NCBI GenBank assembly: GCA_964016885.1
Contig: OZ024742.1
Location: 236,468,001-236,532,000, forward strand
Length of the DNA: 64,000 nt
DNA from: Eledone cirrhosa
Taxonomy: Eukaryota
Direction of reading: 5' to 3'
A model generated the notes under the pieces. That model saw only the letters and a list, made by a program, of their open reading frames with translations, ran no database searches and had not been told where the DNA came from. Position 1 is the stretch's first letter. Every line of letters begins with the position of its first letter. The position numbers and the translations under genes were made by a program. Shown here in pieces: positions 1-14,819 of this stretch.

Positions 1-756
1 GATGGACCAACCTTGTTCAAACTTGGCATGCAAGTTCCCTATACTCAGGAATAGGTTTTCCTCCCACTTAGAGCTATACTCATTTGTTTATAGTTTTTTT
101 TGTCTGTTTGCCAATCTGTGGTAACGGTGGTCGTCGTGACTTATCGTCTTCACTACGACAGAATGTGACGGATAATAGAAAGAATGAACAAGTGAGAATG
201 TGAGAGAAAGTCAGCACACAGGAAATTAAGCAAGTGCTGAAAGCCAGAGATGGGACTGAGCAAGTAAGTTAATGAAGCATGAATGAAGAAAGAAAGAAAC
301 AGAGATTAAGAAAGCGAAGAAAGTGAGCGACACGCATTTAACATTGAAGCCGATACCAAAATAGCAAATACATGCTTTATTGAATGTCCCCCAGAATGTA
401 TGATTTTATTTCTAGATATTTTGAAGAAAGTGTATTGATTTAGTAGTTGTACTAATCAGCAGTCCCCTCAAGGTTTCGGTGGTTCAGGTAATAGTTTAAA
501 CTTATCAAAATTAAAAACATTCTGTTAATAATGGATCTATGTCGAGTCACATTTCGTTGAATGATGACTCACTGCATTACCTGACAGTTATTTTTCGGTA
601 ACAACATCCAAAAACTAACGAAAACAAATATATAAAAATATATTACAGGTTTCACAAGTATTAATTTTAGTAGTGTTTCCGAACATCAAATAAAAACGCA
701 AAATATAATGAAAGGCTGCTACATACAGATATACACACGGAGCTATATACGAAGAT

Positions 757-804
<48 letters not shown>

Positions 805-1163
805 GAAACACACAGATACATGCGGACACACACATATATACATGAATGCATCCGCACCCAACTGTCAGTTAAGGGTGCCAACTTCACCGATGTTGCTCAA
901 TGAATGACTGGGACAGACCAATTCAGTTTGAACCAGACTGAACCAGTATCAGAGTTAAAAATACATTATGAAGAGAGAAGAAACATTTAGATATAATTAG
1001 TAATAAAATGTATCATACCTAAACTGTTCCTAAATTCCTCGACTACGTAGTTTCGTGGCATAAACAAAAACAATATATCAAAGATATAGAGTCCTTGCGA
1101 GGTCTGCCGACTTATCAAGAGGATACCTCATTTTACTAGTCTCAAGAACGCGTCTACACGACG

Positions 1164-1205
<42 letters not shown>

Positions 1206-1569
1206 CACACACAGAGGAAAGATACGAAGAAAATATTAGTAAGAAATTCTCAGTACAGTTGGAGAGCAGATCTTCAGAGGATTCCCTCCCCACAAGCAAG
1301 AGTTTCGCCTCTTAATCTCTTGCACTCTAAGGGGACTGGGCTGCATTCAGTTCTTGGCTACTGGGTGCCTATTTGCTGACATATAGCCATTTGGATATCG
1401 GAGACGTGTGTATGTAAACACCACGAGAAACCAGTAACATATCAATGGATAGGAAAATACATCTTACGCTATCTGATGAAAACATGGTATGGTGTTATTT
1501 CTCACATCTTTGAAATACGTACAATAAAATCATGTAATAAAATGAAGATGTACGAATAAAAGCGTCTCT

Positions 1570-1645
<76 letters not shown>

Positions 1646-1821
1646 AAAGGCAGAGTTAATAACTCATATTGATACCCTGTAATTAACAAGCTCAAAGTAT
1701 AAATACTGAGCATTATATAATAATATATGTAGTAATAAACACAGTAAATCGTGTGTCTAAAATATTTCAGTCCAGAAATAGCCGTCGAAACGGCTTGAGC
1801 TCTGCCGTCGGGGTTAAACAT

Positions 1822-1878
<57 letters not shown>

Positions 1879-2264
1879 GTAGTAATAAACACAGTAAGTC
1901 GTGTGTCTAAAATTACGAGGGTTGAATACCACGTTGGTTTGACAAATTTAACCAGAAGCAAACGGAAAATACAGAAAATATACAGACCGTCTCAATAACT
2001 ATTACATCTGAGAGATTTAATCTGTTTCGCCCTGAGAATTGTGTTTGTAACGGATAATCCGTGGGCATCATCAGCGAGAGAATTAGATTAAATGTGACAA
2101 ACACCTAAAGCTAAAAGCCACACGAATGAACATTTCACCTCGTGCACTATAAGTCAAAAGTGGTTTGATTCTGGTTAAATTTGTCAAACCAATGTGGTAT
2201 TTCAACCCTCGTAATTTTAGACACACGATTTACTGTGTTTATTACTACACACATATATATATAT

Positions 2265-2472
2265 ATAGGAAAATGTTTAACCCCGACGGCAGAGCTCAAG
2301 CCGTTTCGACGGCTATTTCTGGATTCAAATATTTCAGTCCAGAAAAAGCCGCCGAAACGGCTTGAGCTCTGCCGTCGGGGTTTAACATTTTCCTATTATC
2401 CACTCTACTACCCTGTATTGAGTACTCTGGTGCGTTATGGTCCATCTGGTTCCTTACCACACTTCCTTCGTT
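2265..2472 (+). mobile_element. Fold-back (palindromic) short element carrying the 3' half of a hammerhead; PLE-terminus-like
   Basis: Palindrome 2265-2396 containing GAAA-CGGC-loop-GCCG-TC-GGGG, then a ~75 bp tail ending in (TA)n. Related copies at 11135-11328 (-), 16141-16347 (-) and a partial one at ~1760-1826. Confidence 0.65.
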
Positions 2473-2560
2473 ATATATATATATACACACATACACATGT
2501 ATATATATGTTATATATATATATATATATACATACACATACACACACACATATATATATG

Positions 2561-2609
<49 letters not shown>

Positions 2610-2616
2610 TTGTATA

Positions 2617-2679
<63 letters not shown>

Positions 2680-3149
2680 TTGTATATGTACATATATATT
2701 TGTATATATATATGTATAATATATACAGAAGTAGAGAGCTGGGAGAGAGAAAGAGAAAGAGAGAGAGGGAGAGAGAGAGAAAGAGTGGGGGAGAGAGCTA
2801 ATCCTGGATCATAACAGGTGTATAGCAGACGGTCCTATCTCGATCTCGTTCTAATCATGATGTAGAAGATTTATGATTTGAAATGTTATAGGGCTAAACT
2901 GATGTCAAAAGCCGTGTGGAGATATTGATAAATGTTCAGCCATCAGCTAATTTTAAACTAAATCATATTCAATCTATCCTTAGAAAATATAGAGTAAATG
3001 GCGTTTCTTTTTATATCAATTTACAGAATGAAGATGGAACACATTTTGGTTTATTTAATTTAGGTTAAGTAGTTAAATCGTATTTGGTGTTGTTTAGCCT
3101 CAGGTCAGTGTTGACCAAGTCGTTGTTGCTTTCGTTGTTACTGGTCACC

Positions 3150-3389
3150 CAGGGCCGGCACTACCATATAGGCAAACTAGGGCACTGATTTCAGGGAGCG
3201 TATTTCTCCAAATCAACAATTTTGAAAAATAAATAAATAAATTTAAGTTTTATTGAGGGTCGTTTTTCATCTTGATTTGTTTTCATACAGGGAAAAATAA
3301 ATGTTAAAAAATTATTTTTAAATTTTATTGTTTATATATTTTGAAATTGATATTTTCCTAGGGTGTCAGATAGTCTGGCGCTGGCCCTG
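3150..3389. mobile_element. hAT-type MITE
   Basis: Terminal inverted repeats CAGGGCCGGC / GCTGGCCCTG, flanked by an imperfect 8-bp duplication tggtcacc / tggtcaaa. Confidence 0.65.
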
Positions 3390-3659
3390 TGGTCAAAGCT
3401 GATTGCGTTGTAGTCGGCTGTAGATTAGCCATAGATAAGCACCGATCGAGTTGTTGTTGTTTAACCCCAGGTCACTGCTGATCCAGATGTTGTTTAGCTC
3501 CAGGTAAGTACTGATCGAGTTGTTATTGTTTCACCCCAGGTTTGCACTGATCGAGTTGTTGTTGATGGACCTCTGTTGGTTCTGATGATGAGTGTTCCAG
3601 TTGAACAGCCTACTCGTGAAATTAACGTGCGCGTAAGTGGCTAGGCATTCCACAATTAT

Positions 3660-4580
3660 TGCATTTTCTTGCGGCTGTTAAATTTTTGAAAACTTTTCCT
3701 TGTAAAAACTTGTGGAAATGCTTGAAAAACTGGTAGTCGGTTGATTAAAGATCTAGTAACTATGTTGGATGATAGAGTTTCGTAGCCCAATTATTTAAAC
3801 TTCTGGAGCGTTGTCGTACATTTTCCATTGGCTAATGCTGGACACAACACGCTGCTACCTATTATGCATTTCCTCGATTTCATGACAATATTTCTCCAAT
3901 GTGATTGTTTCGCCAGGTTTCAGAAAGTTGGCATGGATTAGTCCCCATAACCTTTTTTTGCTGCAACTTTGGCTTTGGTTAGGAGATTTATCTCGGTCCA
4001 AACACTGTGCTGAACGTCGTATTTTGTGGTATAGGATCTACCTTTCATCATACGTCACAATGCGATCAGGAAATGGGCTCAAAAGAAGCGTAGAGCAAAT
4101 GTCAGAACGGCGATTTTTCTGATTTTAGTTCAATTCGTGTGGCGCCCATTCTTCAAGCTTTGATTTTTCAATTCGGTTCCACATGTTCAGAAATTCTTCC
4201 AACACTAGCATCTTGATCTCGGACATACGTGGGAGGATTTGCTTTCACCAATGACTCGTCGTCAATGGCAGAAGGACGTCCGCGGCCTTCCTTATCTTCA
4301 AGAGTGAATTCACCACGACAAAATGTTCAGATAAATATTGCATCTTGCATTCATTAACACTTCCTTTTCCTAAAACTTTATTGATATTTTTAGACTTTTG
4401 TGCTGTACTGCCACCGAGTTTATTAAACTCATAGAAAGAAATTTGGCTAAAATCCTCTTTTGACATCTTAACTTCAAAGATCTGAAAAATGTAGTTTATA
4501 TTAAAAATCAAAAATAGAATTGCAGAGAATAAAATATGCTTTAACATTATACACAATTTAATACATAAGGGTTTTTATTC
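3660..4580 (-). pseudogene. Decayed mariner (Tc1/mariner) transposase remnant
   Basis: Mos1-like HTH text 'FYEFNKLGGSTAQKSKNINKVLGKGSVNE' in ORF 4245-4556, DRIVTYDE near 4040-4066, and a degenerate HPxYSPDL..TDY.FF near 3725-3770. Many stops and frameshifts. Confidence 0.75.
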
Positions 4581-5524
4581 CTGTCACAAATACAAATATA
4601 ACACGCTTTCAGAGATATTTAGCTGTTATTTCTAGCAGGCCTTGTTATATCGTAGAAGCAGACTCCCTTGTTGGAATTGCGATTTGTTTTCTTTCTTCTT
4701 CCTCTGGTATCTAGCTACCATCGCCATCCTAGTCACTCCACCATCATCATCACCCTGGCCATCTTCTCTTCAATGTAGTTCCGTTATCTTCCAGGAGACA
4801 TCTTGTAAAGTCCACCTTGGTTCACTTCAATGGGTGAAGGGCGGAGGAATGGCTAAAGAGGGAGGAGATGTAAATGAAGATCAAGAAAGAGAAAACCAAA
4901 AAGGAGCGAAGAGGAAAAAGAAGGAAAGAAAAAATCTTCTTCTCGGAGAGAGAGAGAGAGAGAGAGGGAGAGAGGGAGAGAGAGAGAGAGAGAGAGAGTT
5001 AGGGAGGGGACTGATTTCAGCACATGGGTAAACAGCATTCCAAAATGTCAACACTTACAAAGTTTCCGTCTCAAAACCCAGCGCGAAATGAATCTAACTT
5101 TATTAGAGAAGAAAATATATAATATAGAAAACTGTTGTTTATGATATAATGGTGATGATGATGTCATGATTGAATGGATATGTCGATGGTAATGGTGATT
5201 GTTGTAGTGTTGTGATGGTTATTGTAATGGTATGGGTTGTGGTTTATTTTAATGGTTGTGTTATGATGGTGACTATAATAGTGATGATGTTCGCATGATG
5301 AGGATGCGATGATGATGGTGATGATGAAGACTGGTGTGATGGCGATTGTGTTATTCATTGTAAAGGTGATGTTGCTGTGATAGTGATTGCAAAGGTGATA
5401 GTGATGATTATAATGGTGATTGTGCTATGATCGTGAGTGCGATGATGGTGGGATGTTGAGGAAGACGATGTTTTGATAACGTTAAGATAATGTGATGGTG
5501 ATGGTGATGGGATAATGATATGAT

Positions 5525-6170
5525 GGGATGTGACGTTGAAGGAATGAGATGTGACGTTGGCAGAATGTGGTGTGACGTTGGCAGAATGAGGTGTGACGTC
5601 GACAGAATCAGATGTGACGTTGGCAGAATAGGTTGTGACGTTGGCAGAATGGGTGTCTTGTTGGTAGAATGGGGCGTGACGTTGGCAGAATAGGTTGTGA
5701 CGTTGGCAGAATGGGTGTCATGTTGGCAGAATGGGATGTGACGTTAGCAGAATGGGGTGTGACGTTGGCAGAATAGGTTGTAACGTTGGCAGAGTGGGTT
5801 GTGACGTTGGCAGAATGGGGTGTGACGGTGGCGGAATGGGATGTGTCGTTGGCAGAATGAAATGTGACGTCGGCAGAAACAGGTGGGACGTTGGCAGAAT
5901 AGGTTGTGAGTTGGCAGAATGAGGTCTGACGTAGGCAGAATGGGGTGTGACTTTGGCAAAATAAGGTGTGACGTTTCAGAATGTGGTGTGACGTTGGCGG
6001 AATGAGATGACGTTTCGGAATGAGATGTGACGTTGGTGGCATGAGGTGTGACGTTATCGAATGGGGTGTGATATTGGCAGTATGAGGTATGACGTTGGCA
6101 GAATGAGGTGTGGCGTTGCTAGAATGGGATATAACGTTGTAAGAATGGGATGTGACACTGGAGGAATGGG
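5525..6170. repeat. 21-bp minisatellite (consensus TGACGTTGGCAGAATGRGGTG)
   Basis: Roughly 30 tandem copies; gives the 7-aa period HSANVTP in ORF 5608-6042. Confidence 0.9.
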
Positions 6171-7013
6171 TGTGGTGGGATGGCGATTGTGCTATGATGA
6201 GGAAATGATGTAATAGTGATTGTGAAAATGTTGCGATGGTAATAATTATGAGAATAACCGTGATGTGAGGTTTTTGTGGAGGTAATTGTGATTGTGTTGA
6301 TGATAGAGGTATGTGGTGATAATAGAAAGGTGATGTGGTAATTTTAATGATGTCTGTAATGCTTTTATGATGGTTTTAATGATATCTGTAATGGATTTGT
6401 AATGGTGATTGTAGTGGAGTTGTGATTGTAACTGTAATGATTTTGTGATGGTGATGGTGATGGTGATTGTAATGTTGATGTGAGTGTGTTGGTGATATAT
6501 GGTGGTGTGACAGTGGTGGTGGTGATGTAACAACGTTAACAAGCTCTCATCCCGTATGATGATGTCTGGAATAACACGAGGAGTTGTTTTCATAGTAACG
6601 TAAACGGAACAAACTCTTGCTACATTACTATTAGTATCAACATAACATTTAAGGTATACTTTCATCTTGGGAGTAAACATTTTATGATGTGTCATAGAGC
6701 TTTGTTGTTACCATTGTTAACCCACATCTTGTGCTTGGGTGTGTGTGGATGTGCGTTTGTGAGTGTGCGGATGTGACCACGCGCGCGTGCGTGTGTGTGT
6801 GCGCGCGCTTGGTAGAAATTATGTGTGCGTCTTTGATTAATGTATATTTCTACACTACAATAGTCTGTCTATTGTCTATATGTATGTATGGATGTATGTA
6901 TGTATCTATGTATGTATATATATATGCGTGTATATATGCATGCATGTATGTATATACATATGTGTTTGTGTGTGTATGCATGTATATATATGTATGTGTG
7001 TCTATATGTATGC

Positions 7014-7049
<36 letters not shown>

Positions 7050-7250
7050 CTTCGATTTTACTAACCTTCCACTTGTATATCATCCTCATCATCATCATCA
7101 TCGTTTAACGTCTATATTCCACGCTAGCATGGGTTTAGAAGGGAATTGTCCCACTTGAGGCAAGATTGGTCGTATCGCTCGTATGGGACTATCTGCCAGG
7201 TCTTCTACGACTGGATGCCCTCCCTAACACCAACCAAACCACGAATATGC

Positions 7251-7281
<31 letters not shown>

Positions 7282-7322
7282 CGAAACATAAGTCAATTGC
7301 ATGAACTCATAATCCTTTATTT

Positions 7323-7375
7323 ACTGCTATATATTCGATGATAGCCATTGAATGGCTATGACCTCATCAGGCAGT
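7323..7375 (-). ncRNA. Type I hammerhead, damaged copy of the 36730 family
   Basis: Reverse complement reads actgc CTGATGA ggtcatagccattcaatggctatcatc GAA tatata gcagt, 3 nt shorter around A15.1/stem III than the 36730 copy. Host segment 7278-7440 matches 36665-36832. Confidence 0.65.
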
Positions 7376-7542
7376 TAGTCAGTTCTTAGATATGCCAGCT
7401 CTGTGTTTATAGTGTTGATGGTAACAGAGACTTGGGACATATATATATATATATATATATATAAATGCATAAATACACACACATATATATATGAATGTAT
7501 ATATATATATTTATATGTGCGGATATATGTATGTATATATGA

Positions 7543-7589
<47 letters not shown>

Positions 7590-7592
<3 letters not shown>

Positions 7593-8320
7593 AAATATAG
7601 AGAAAAATACTGCAGGTAGCACATGGATAACATATAATAAAATGAGTCCCTCATCAGTGATTTGCCGACGATCATAGATATTTCATTGCATTAAAAATCA
7701 TATACCTCACGTCGGTGTAATAATAACCAAAATAAGTTATTAGGACAATTGAAACGCGTAAAGCGAGTGGGACAGGAGAACAACAAAGAGTATAGCTAAC
7801 CGTAGGGGAAAGAAACAAGCTTCAAAAATTATTCTGTTTAGCATAAGCTAGGTGAATATATGAGCGCTTTTAGAAAAGACCCGACACGAGCGATGGCTAT
7901 GTGAGAAGAGAGAAAAATAGCCTTCGTGGTGTACAGGATGAAATGAAGAGAAGAGAAACAGTGAGTGAGTGAAAGTGTGAGGAAGAGTTAACTGACATGA
8001 CAGAGGGGGAGAAACAGAGAGAATGGGGGAACAGTAAGAGAGCGAGAGAAAAAAACACAGAATCGCAGTGGTAAATATATGTGATAAAATATAGAGAAAA
8101 ATACTGCAGGTAGCACATGGATAACATGTAATAAAATGAGTCCCTCATCAGTGATTTGCCGACGATCGTAGATATTTCATTGCATTAAAAATCATATACC
8201 TCACGTCGGTGCAATAATAACCAAAATAAGTTATTAGGACAATTGAAACGCGTGAGACAGGAGAACAACAAAGAGTATAGCTAACCGTAGGGGAAAGAAA
8301 CAAGCTTCAAAAATTATTCT

Positions 8321-8325
<5 letters not shown>
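7590..8325. repeat. Direct duplication of ~250 bp (7590-7840 and 8085-8325); relative at 41770-41935 in opposite orientation
   Basis: Near-identical text 'aaaatatagagaaaaatactgcaggtagcacatgg...aattattctgttta' occurs twice, period ~495 bp. Confidence 0.85.
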
Positions 8326-8366
<41 letters not shown>

Positions 8367-8477
8367 GTGTATATATATATATATTTATGTGTATATATGT
8401 GTATATATATATATATAAATATGTATATATATATATATATGTATATGTATATATGTATATATATATATGTATAAGTA

Positions 8478-8518
<41 letters not shown>

Positions 8519-8635
8519 AAGTATATATGTATATATATATATATATAATATATATGTATAAGTATATATGTATATATGTATATATAATATATATATGTAT
8601 AAGTATATATATATATATGTATAAGTATATATGTA

Positions 8636-8724
<89 letters not shown>

Positions 8725-8725
8725 G

Positions 8726-8787
<62 letters not shown>

Positions 8788-9002
8788 AAAGGTAAACAGA
8801 AACAACAACACAATCGGTACAATATATGGAAGGTATATATTAGGTTAACGCTTGATATAGCAGGAAGAGGGTCTCAACGTTTCGGACGTTAGTCCTTCAT
8901 AAGAAGAAAGAATGAGAAATAAAATAGATTGAGGGGACGAGCGGGATGGAATTGGAAAAAAATATGTCTGTAGATAATAAACATTCATGTTGACATCTCT
9001 TG

Positions 9003-9060
<58 letters not shown>

Positions 9061-9869
9061 CACACACATACCTTGAGAGGGTCATGGTGCCAATACAAAT
9101 TCACCCACCAGTTTAGTGGTTTATTCAGTTTTATCATTAATCAGGCATCTAATCCACTCCTTGGTTATTTTAGTAACCAGATGGCTATCTAATTGTCAAA
9201 ATTCTTTGTCATACATTCTGTGACCTGAACTTCTCAATTATCAGTTTCTGAGTGAGTTTTCATTTTGACTTTGTTAATAATTCCACCTGTCTTTTGTTGA
9301 ACTCTTGTGTATATATTCCCATGTGTTATAATATTGCATTCCTGCTTCCAATAGAAAGCCGGATTTTCGTGATAAAAATATATTAATACGATTATATAAC
9401 AAAATTTTAAGACAAACGGTGGATTGAACCAAAAATTTCACATTTTACTCGCATCTGATAACGTTTATTACGATGACACAAGGGTATGCAGAGGAGAATG
9501 AATGAAAGGGTGGACATACAGTGAAGAGAAAGTAATTGTATTGTACATGCAGTGTATACAAATAAACAGATAGATAGATGTACATAATGTAATCTCTATA
9601 ATATATACAATATAGAGAAGAGAAAGTGGGAACGAGAGAGAAATAACGAAAAGTAGGATGTAGAGAGATACTGTAACTTTCTATATCTCCTGATGATCTT
9701 TCTGATAGAGATTTTAGAAAGATTAAGAAAATAGCAAGGAATTTGTGTGTTTCTGTATGTGTGTGAGGTGAGTATGGAGTCTGTGTATGAAGGGTACGTG
9801 TACGAATGTATGTATATGTGAATGTATATATAATAGCAACTCCGTCAATAATATATAAACATACATATC

Positions 9870-9915
<46 letters not shown>

Positions 9916-10554
9916 CGGGGAGAGAATTGATTCCGAGTACTATGATACATTTATCGACATTGAAAGGCAAAATTAACCTCGGCAATATTTGAACCTAGAG
10001 TGCAGTAAGCCAGGGCAATTACCGAGTCATTTTAAAACAGACATTTTAACGGCTCTGCCAATTCACCGCTCCAGGTTTTTACAGAATTGCAAATAACTGC
10101 CATTGAACTGTCAATTATCGGGCATTAAATAATTCTAAGGGAGCCGAAAAAAAAAAACAAAAAAAAAAAACGAAAAATAACAACTAAAAAAAAAAACAAG
10201 AGAGATTACATGCTGTAAATTTTATTAAATAATATTAATTAATAATAAATCACACACACACACACATATATATATATATGTATATCCGTGTGTGTATATA
10301 TATATATGCATCTATATACATATATATATATGTGTATATATATATATATGTATATATACATATATATTTACATGTATATATACATGCATATATACATATG
10401 TATATATACATGTATATATACATGTATATATACATATGTATATATATGTATATATATATATGTATGCATATATATATATGTGTATATATGTATATATATA
10501 TGTATGCATATATATATATATATGTATATATATGTATATATATGTATGCATATA

Positions 10555-10606
<52 letters not shown>

Positions 10607-10642
10607 CGTATGTGTGTTAGTGTGTACACCCACATTATATAT

Positions 10643-10688
<46 letters not shown>

Positions 10689-11043
10689 CTTTAATAATTG
10701 TTTCTACTTTTGGCACAAGGCCTGCAAAATATCCAGTAGATTACTGGTACTTTATTTTATCGACCCTGTAAGGAGGAAAGCAAAGTTAACCTTGGCGGGA
10801 TTTGAACTCAGAATGGCAAGGGCCGTAACAATATATAACTTTAATAATGATAACAGCGTTGCTATTATTGCGTATAGACTTTACCAGAGGTTTAAAAGCT
10901 GGGTGCAATAGGGTTTATGCAGAGCTGATATAAAGAATAAGAAACACCAAAGAGTCAATATGCTAGCAAACTAAACCCATGTTTCAACCGATAGAGAGAT
11001 TCATGCCAAGGATGTGAGAGTATAAAACCAGAAATTTCAAAAT

Positions 11044-11139
<96 letters not shown>

Positions 11140-11925
11140 CAAAGAAAGTGTGGTAAGGAACCATGTGGACCATAACACACCAGATCGATACTTAGAGTAG
11201 TAGAGTGAGTAATAGGAAAAGAGTCAGGACCCCGACGGCTGAGCTCCGGCCGTTTCGATCTAACTGATCGGATCTAGCTGTCGAAACGGCCGGAAGCTCA
11301 GCCGTCGGGGTCTTGACTCTTTTCCTATATTTATATATATATATATATTTCTGTGTGTGTGTGTGGGGGGGGGGGGTATGTAAAAGGTAAACAGAAATAA
11401 CAACACAATCGGTACAGTATATGGAAGGGATATATTAGCTTAACGCTTGATATTGCAGGAAGAGGGTCTTAACGTTCACAAACTCGACTCTCTCCGCTCC
11501 CTGCCTGCCGTCACCACCCATACTCATATCACCTCCAACCCTAACCCCTATATCCCGTCACCTACCACCCCCTTTCCTCTCCCCACCACTGAATCTGCAC
11601 ACGCTTTGCCCAACCACCTTAATCCCTGCGCCTCGGCCTCTTTCACTCCCTCACGTCCCTGCACTTGCACCTATACGATTCCAGTAGGCGCCATTGTTCT
11701 GGGTTCACTCACACACATATATACATACATTTATATATATAAATATACATACATAGTTATGCAAAAGGTAAACGGAAATAACAAAGCAAACAACACAGTA
11801 CAATGAAGAAATATATTAGTTTAACGTTTGATATAAAAGGAAAAGAGTCTAAAAAATCATATACCGTTGATAGACTGTATTCATATATATATGTGTGTGT
11901 GTGTGTATTGGCATACACACACACG

Positions 11926-12026
<101 letters not shown>

Positions 12027-12029
12027 CGG

Positions 12030-14750
12030 CGGTTGTATCTATAGATAATAGACTACATTGTTTATCTATATTACTATCAATTCGGAGCCTCGTGCATGAT
12101 TTGCATCCATGCATGATTTGTTTGGTGATAAGCATGCAGTTTTTCATCCATGGATTTACTGCGGTATTGCTGGGCAATTTCCCTGGTCATGCAGGGTTTA
12201 TCTTTGAAGGAGTTCATTACAATATGATCTTATCTGACTCATGCAGGCAGACTCCTACGCTTGGAGATTCGTAGATGTTGTTGGAGGGATATGATGTGAC
12301 ACTCAAATGCTTGTGTTTCAAGTTAAGGCGGTTTATGTCACTGTTGATGTGGAAGTTTCTGACGTTGTTTAGAATTTTTGAGGTTTTAACGTCAATGGCT
12401 CGGATTTCGTCTATCGTTCAATCGAGTATTCCAAACGTTGGTGACAGGACAGGTACAGCAAACACACTGTGAACCACTGTTTTATTGGGTACAGAGATTT
12501 CAGATGACCATATTTTTCTTAATCGGGTGTAATATTACCTGGTTACGCGTTCATTGTTACATATATCATCATAGGATATATTTTCATCTATCCCTAAGTA
12601 TCTCTAGCTGTCCTTCATCAAATATCGGTTAAACAGTTAGGCCATTGAAAAAATGCTGCTAGATTGGCTCGTAGTTTTCCCTCGTTTTACAATCGTATAT
12701 GAACATTTGTGTTGGCGAAGCTCCATTCCTATATCATTTGAGAATGTCGTAACCAGGTCAAGATTTTTCTTCATCCCATTTATGTTCTTGGCATAGAGTT
12801 TGAGATCATCCACAAAGAAATAATGGGTTAGGTTTGTATTTCTGTCCTATCGTAAGCCAATTATGTATCTTTTCTAGCAGAAAGGACAAGGGTTTTAATG
12901 ACAGAATAAATAGGAGAACAGAGAGACTGTCTCCTTGAAATATACCCCTGTGATATTTTATTTTATCAGTGAAAATAGAGTCCTCCTTCTCTGTTTTTAA
13001 CTTTAGGATAGTAACCCAAGAAGAAGATATGTTCTCTGTGGCTCTTTATCAAGTCTGAGAGCCTCTATCAAGAGTGGGGAACAGAATCAAATGCTTTCCT
13101 ATAGTCCAGCCAGACTATAACCATATTGCTCCTAAGTTGCCGCACCTCTGATATTGTGGTTTTGTTAATTAGGAGTTGTACAGTACACCCCCAAACACCT
13201 TTCTTCCCAGCTGCTTCCTCATTTGTTATTACTGTCGCAGTGATCTTGGAGAAATAGGTTCAAGCAGGCTGTATACATTATATACATTAGGTTCTGGCAT
13301 GTAATGGGTCGATAGTTTGCGAAATGAGTGTCTGACTTTGTTCTTAAGGATCAATATTGTTTGTGCTAATGTCAACCACCCTGGTATATGTGCATCTCCC
13401 ATGAGAGCTTGCTGGTAGAAGTTGATAAGATACATCCGATAGAATGTCAGTTTTGTCGTACCAGTAGCCGACAGACATCTTGGTTGAAACTCTTCTTTTC
13501 ACGCCATATTTTTCTCTAGAACTCTCTCTGGGATGGGGCCTCAGTGACATTTATTAATTTGACCTTCATATCTCTATAGACTGATGTTTGGTTTCGTCTG
13601 AATCTTTTATTAATTATTTTTCTTTCCCTCCTCTGGTATTAGATTTTCTCGCTGACAGCTCTCAATTCTTGTTTGAGCGTGATCAGCTTATATTGAAGAG
13701 CACTTCTGTCTCCAAACATCGTTTCTATTATATTTTTCACAATACATATCCTATATTTTTTCGTATGTCATCAATGTTTCTTTCTATTTTAGTAATATAT
13801 GATGGTATTTTGGTTTTGTTAACATCTCTGTTATCACCAAGATAATGTTTCACTGTCATTGCCAGGGGCATATAAACGGGCGTTGAGTTGCCCATATGTA
13901 GAGGTTTTAATTCGTCATAAATATTCACCCTCCAATTTTATCAATAGCACGCAGAATTTCATTATTTGGTTTCATTGTGTTTAGTACCATTGTTTTATTA
14001 CGTTCCGCGAGAGAAATGTTTGTGCATGAATTAATTTCTCTCTGGAAGGTTTCGTTGAGGGTAAATTTCAATTGTTTATATTCTTGGTTTTCCAAGCTAA
14101 TGGCAAACGTATTATTATCAACATTTTTTTCTGCAACAGTCGAGCTAGAATCATGCGACAAATTTTTTACCGGCATAGTTGTTTCAAGGAACTGTTCGTG
14201 TATTGTTGTTTGTTGATGTTCAGCCATGCTTCTAGAAAGTCTAGTAACATGGCGACCTGTAGCACGTGTTGTTGATTGCATGTTCGACTTGGGGGACTTA
14301 CAATGAATAATGTTCATGCTATTTTTACATTCAACAAACGTTGCTTGTTGGCGTAAATGTTTGGCTGTGGAGTGATTTAGCTCTGGATGTATTTCGTCCC
14401 AGCATAACTTCATTCCGTTCATATAGCCAAGGAGGGATTTTTTGCCATTCTATAACAATTAAATAAATCATTATTAAGTTGGTGACACCAAGAGAAATAC
14501 GATTTATAATTTCGGTTTCTTCTGTAACTAAAGTAATTCTGTTTACTTTTCTCGTTGCTGTTGTCTTCAGTACTTCATTAATGTTGATGTTGTGTTCAGT
14601 CATGCTGTTTGTAGGAAATCTTTGTAGAATGAATTTAGTATTTAGTCGGATATCTTCACTAATTTTAATAAAAGGTGTGTTCAGTGGGGATAGTTAAAAG
14701 AATATCCAATTATTCAACATGACTGGTAGTTGTGGCATTACTGTCATAGA
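12030..14750 (-). pseudogene. R4/Dong-type (RLE-clade) non-LTR retrotransposon remnant
   Basis: Minus-strand motifs: MKLCWDEIHPELNHSTAKHLRQQA (N-terminal), IPGWLTLAQTILILK, AGKKGVWGCTVQLLINKT (~13190), VWLDYRKAFDSVPH (~13100), RGIFQGDSLSVLLFILSLKPLSFLL (~12920), THYFFVDDLKLYAK (~12810). Frameshifted. Confidence 0.85.
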
Positions 14751-14819
14751 TAGTATTTATCTTAAATGTATGTGCAACTGGTTGCGTTGAATATGTAAGT
14801 ATGTATGTATGTATGTATG

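Noticed and set aside
4642-5031. 129-aa ORF as a host exon
   Set aside because: No recognisable domain, and it runs into an (AG)n repeat.
5525-6170. CRISPR-like array
   Set aside because: Contiguous 21-bp units with no unique spacers, no cas genes, and a eukaryotic context.
8873-8906. Hammerhead ctt CTTATGA a ggac taac gtcc GAAA cg TT gag (-); similar decayed motifs at 31826-31872, 24040-24072 and 50555-50592
   Set aside because: Essential core nucleotides are mutated; counted only as fossils.
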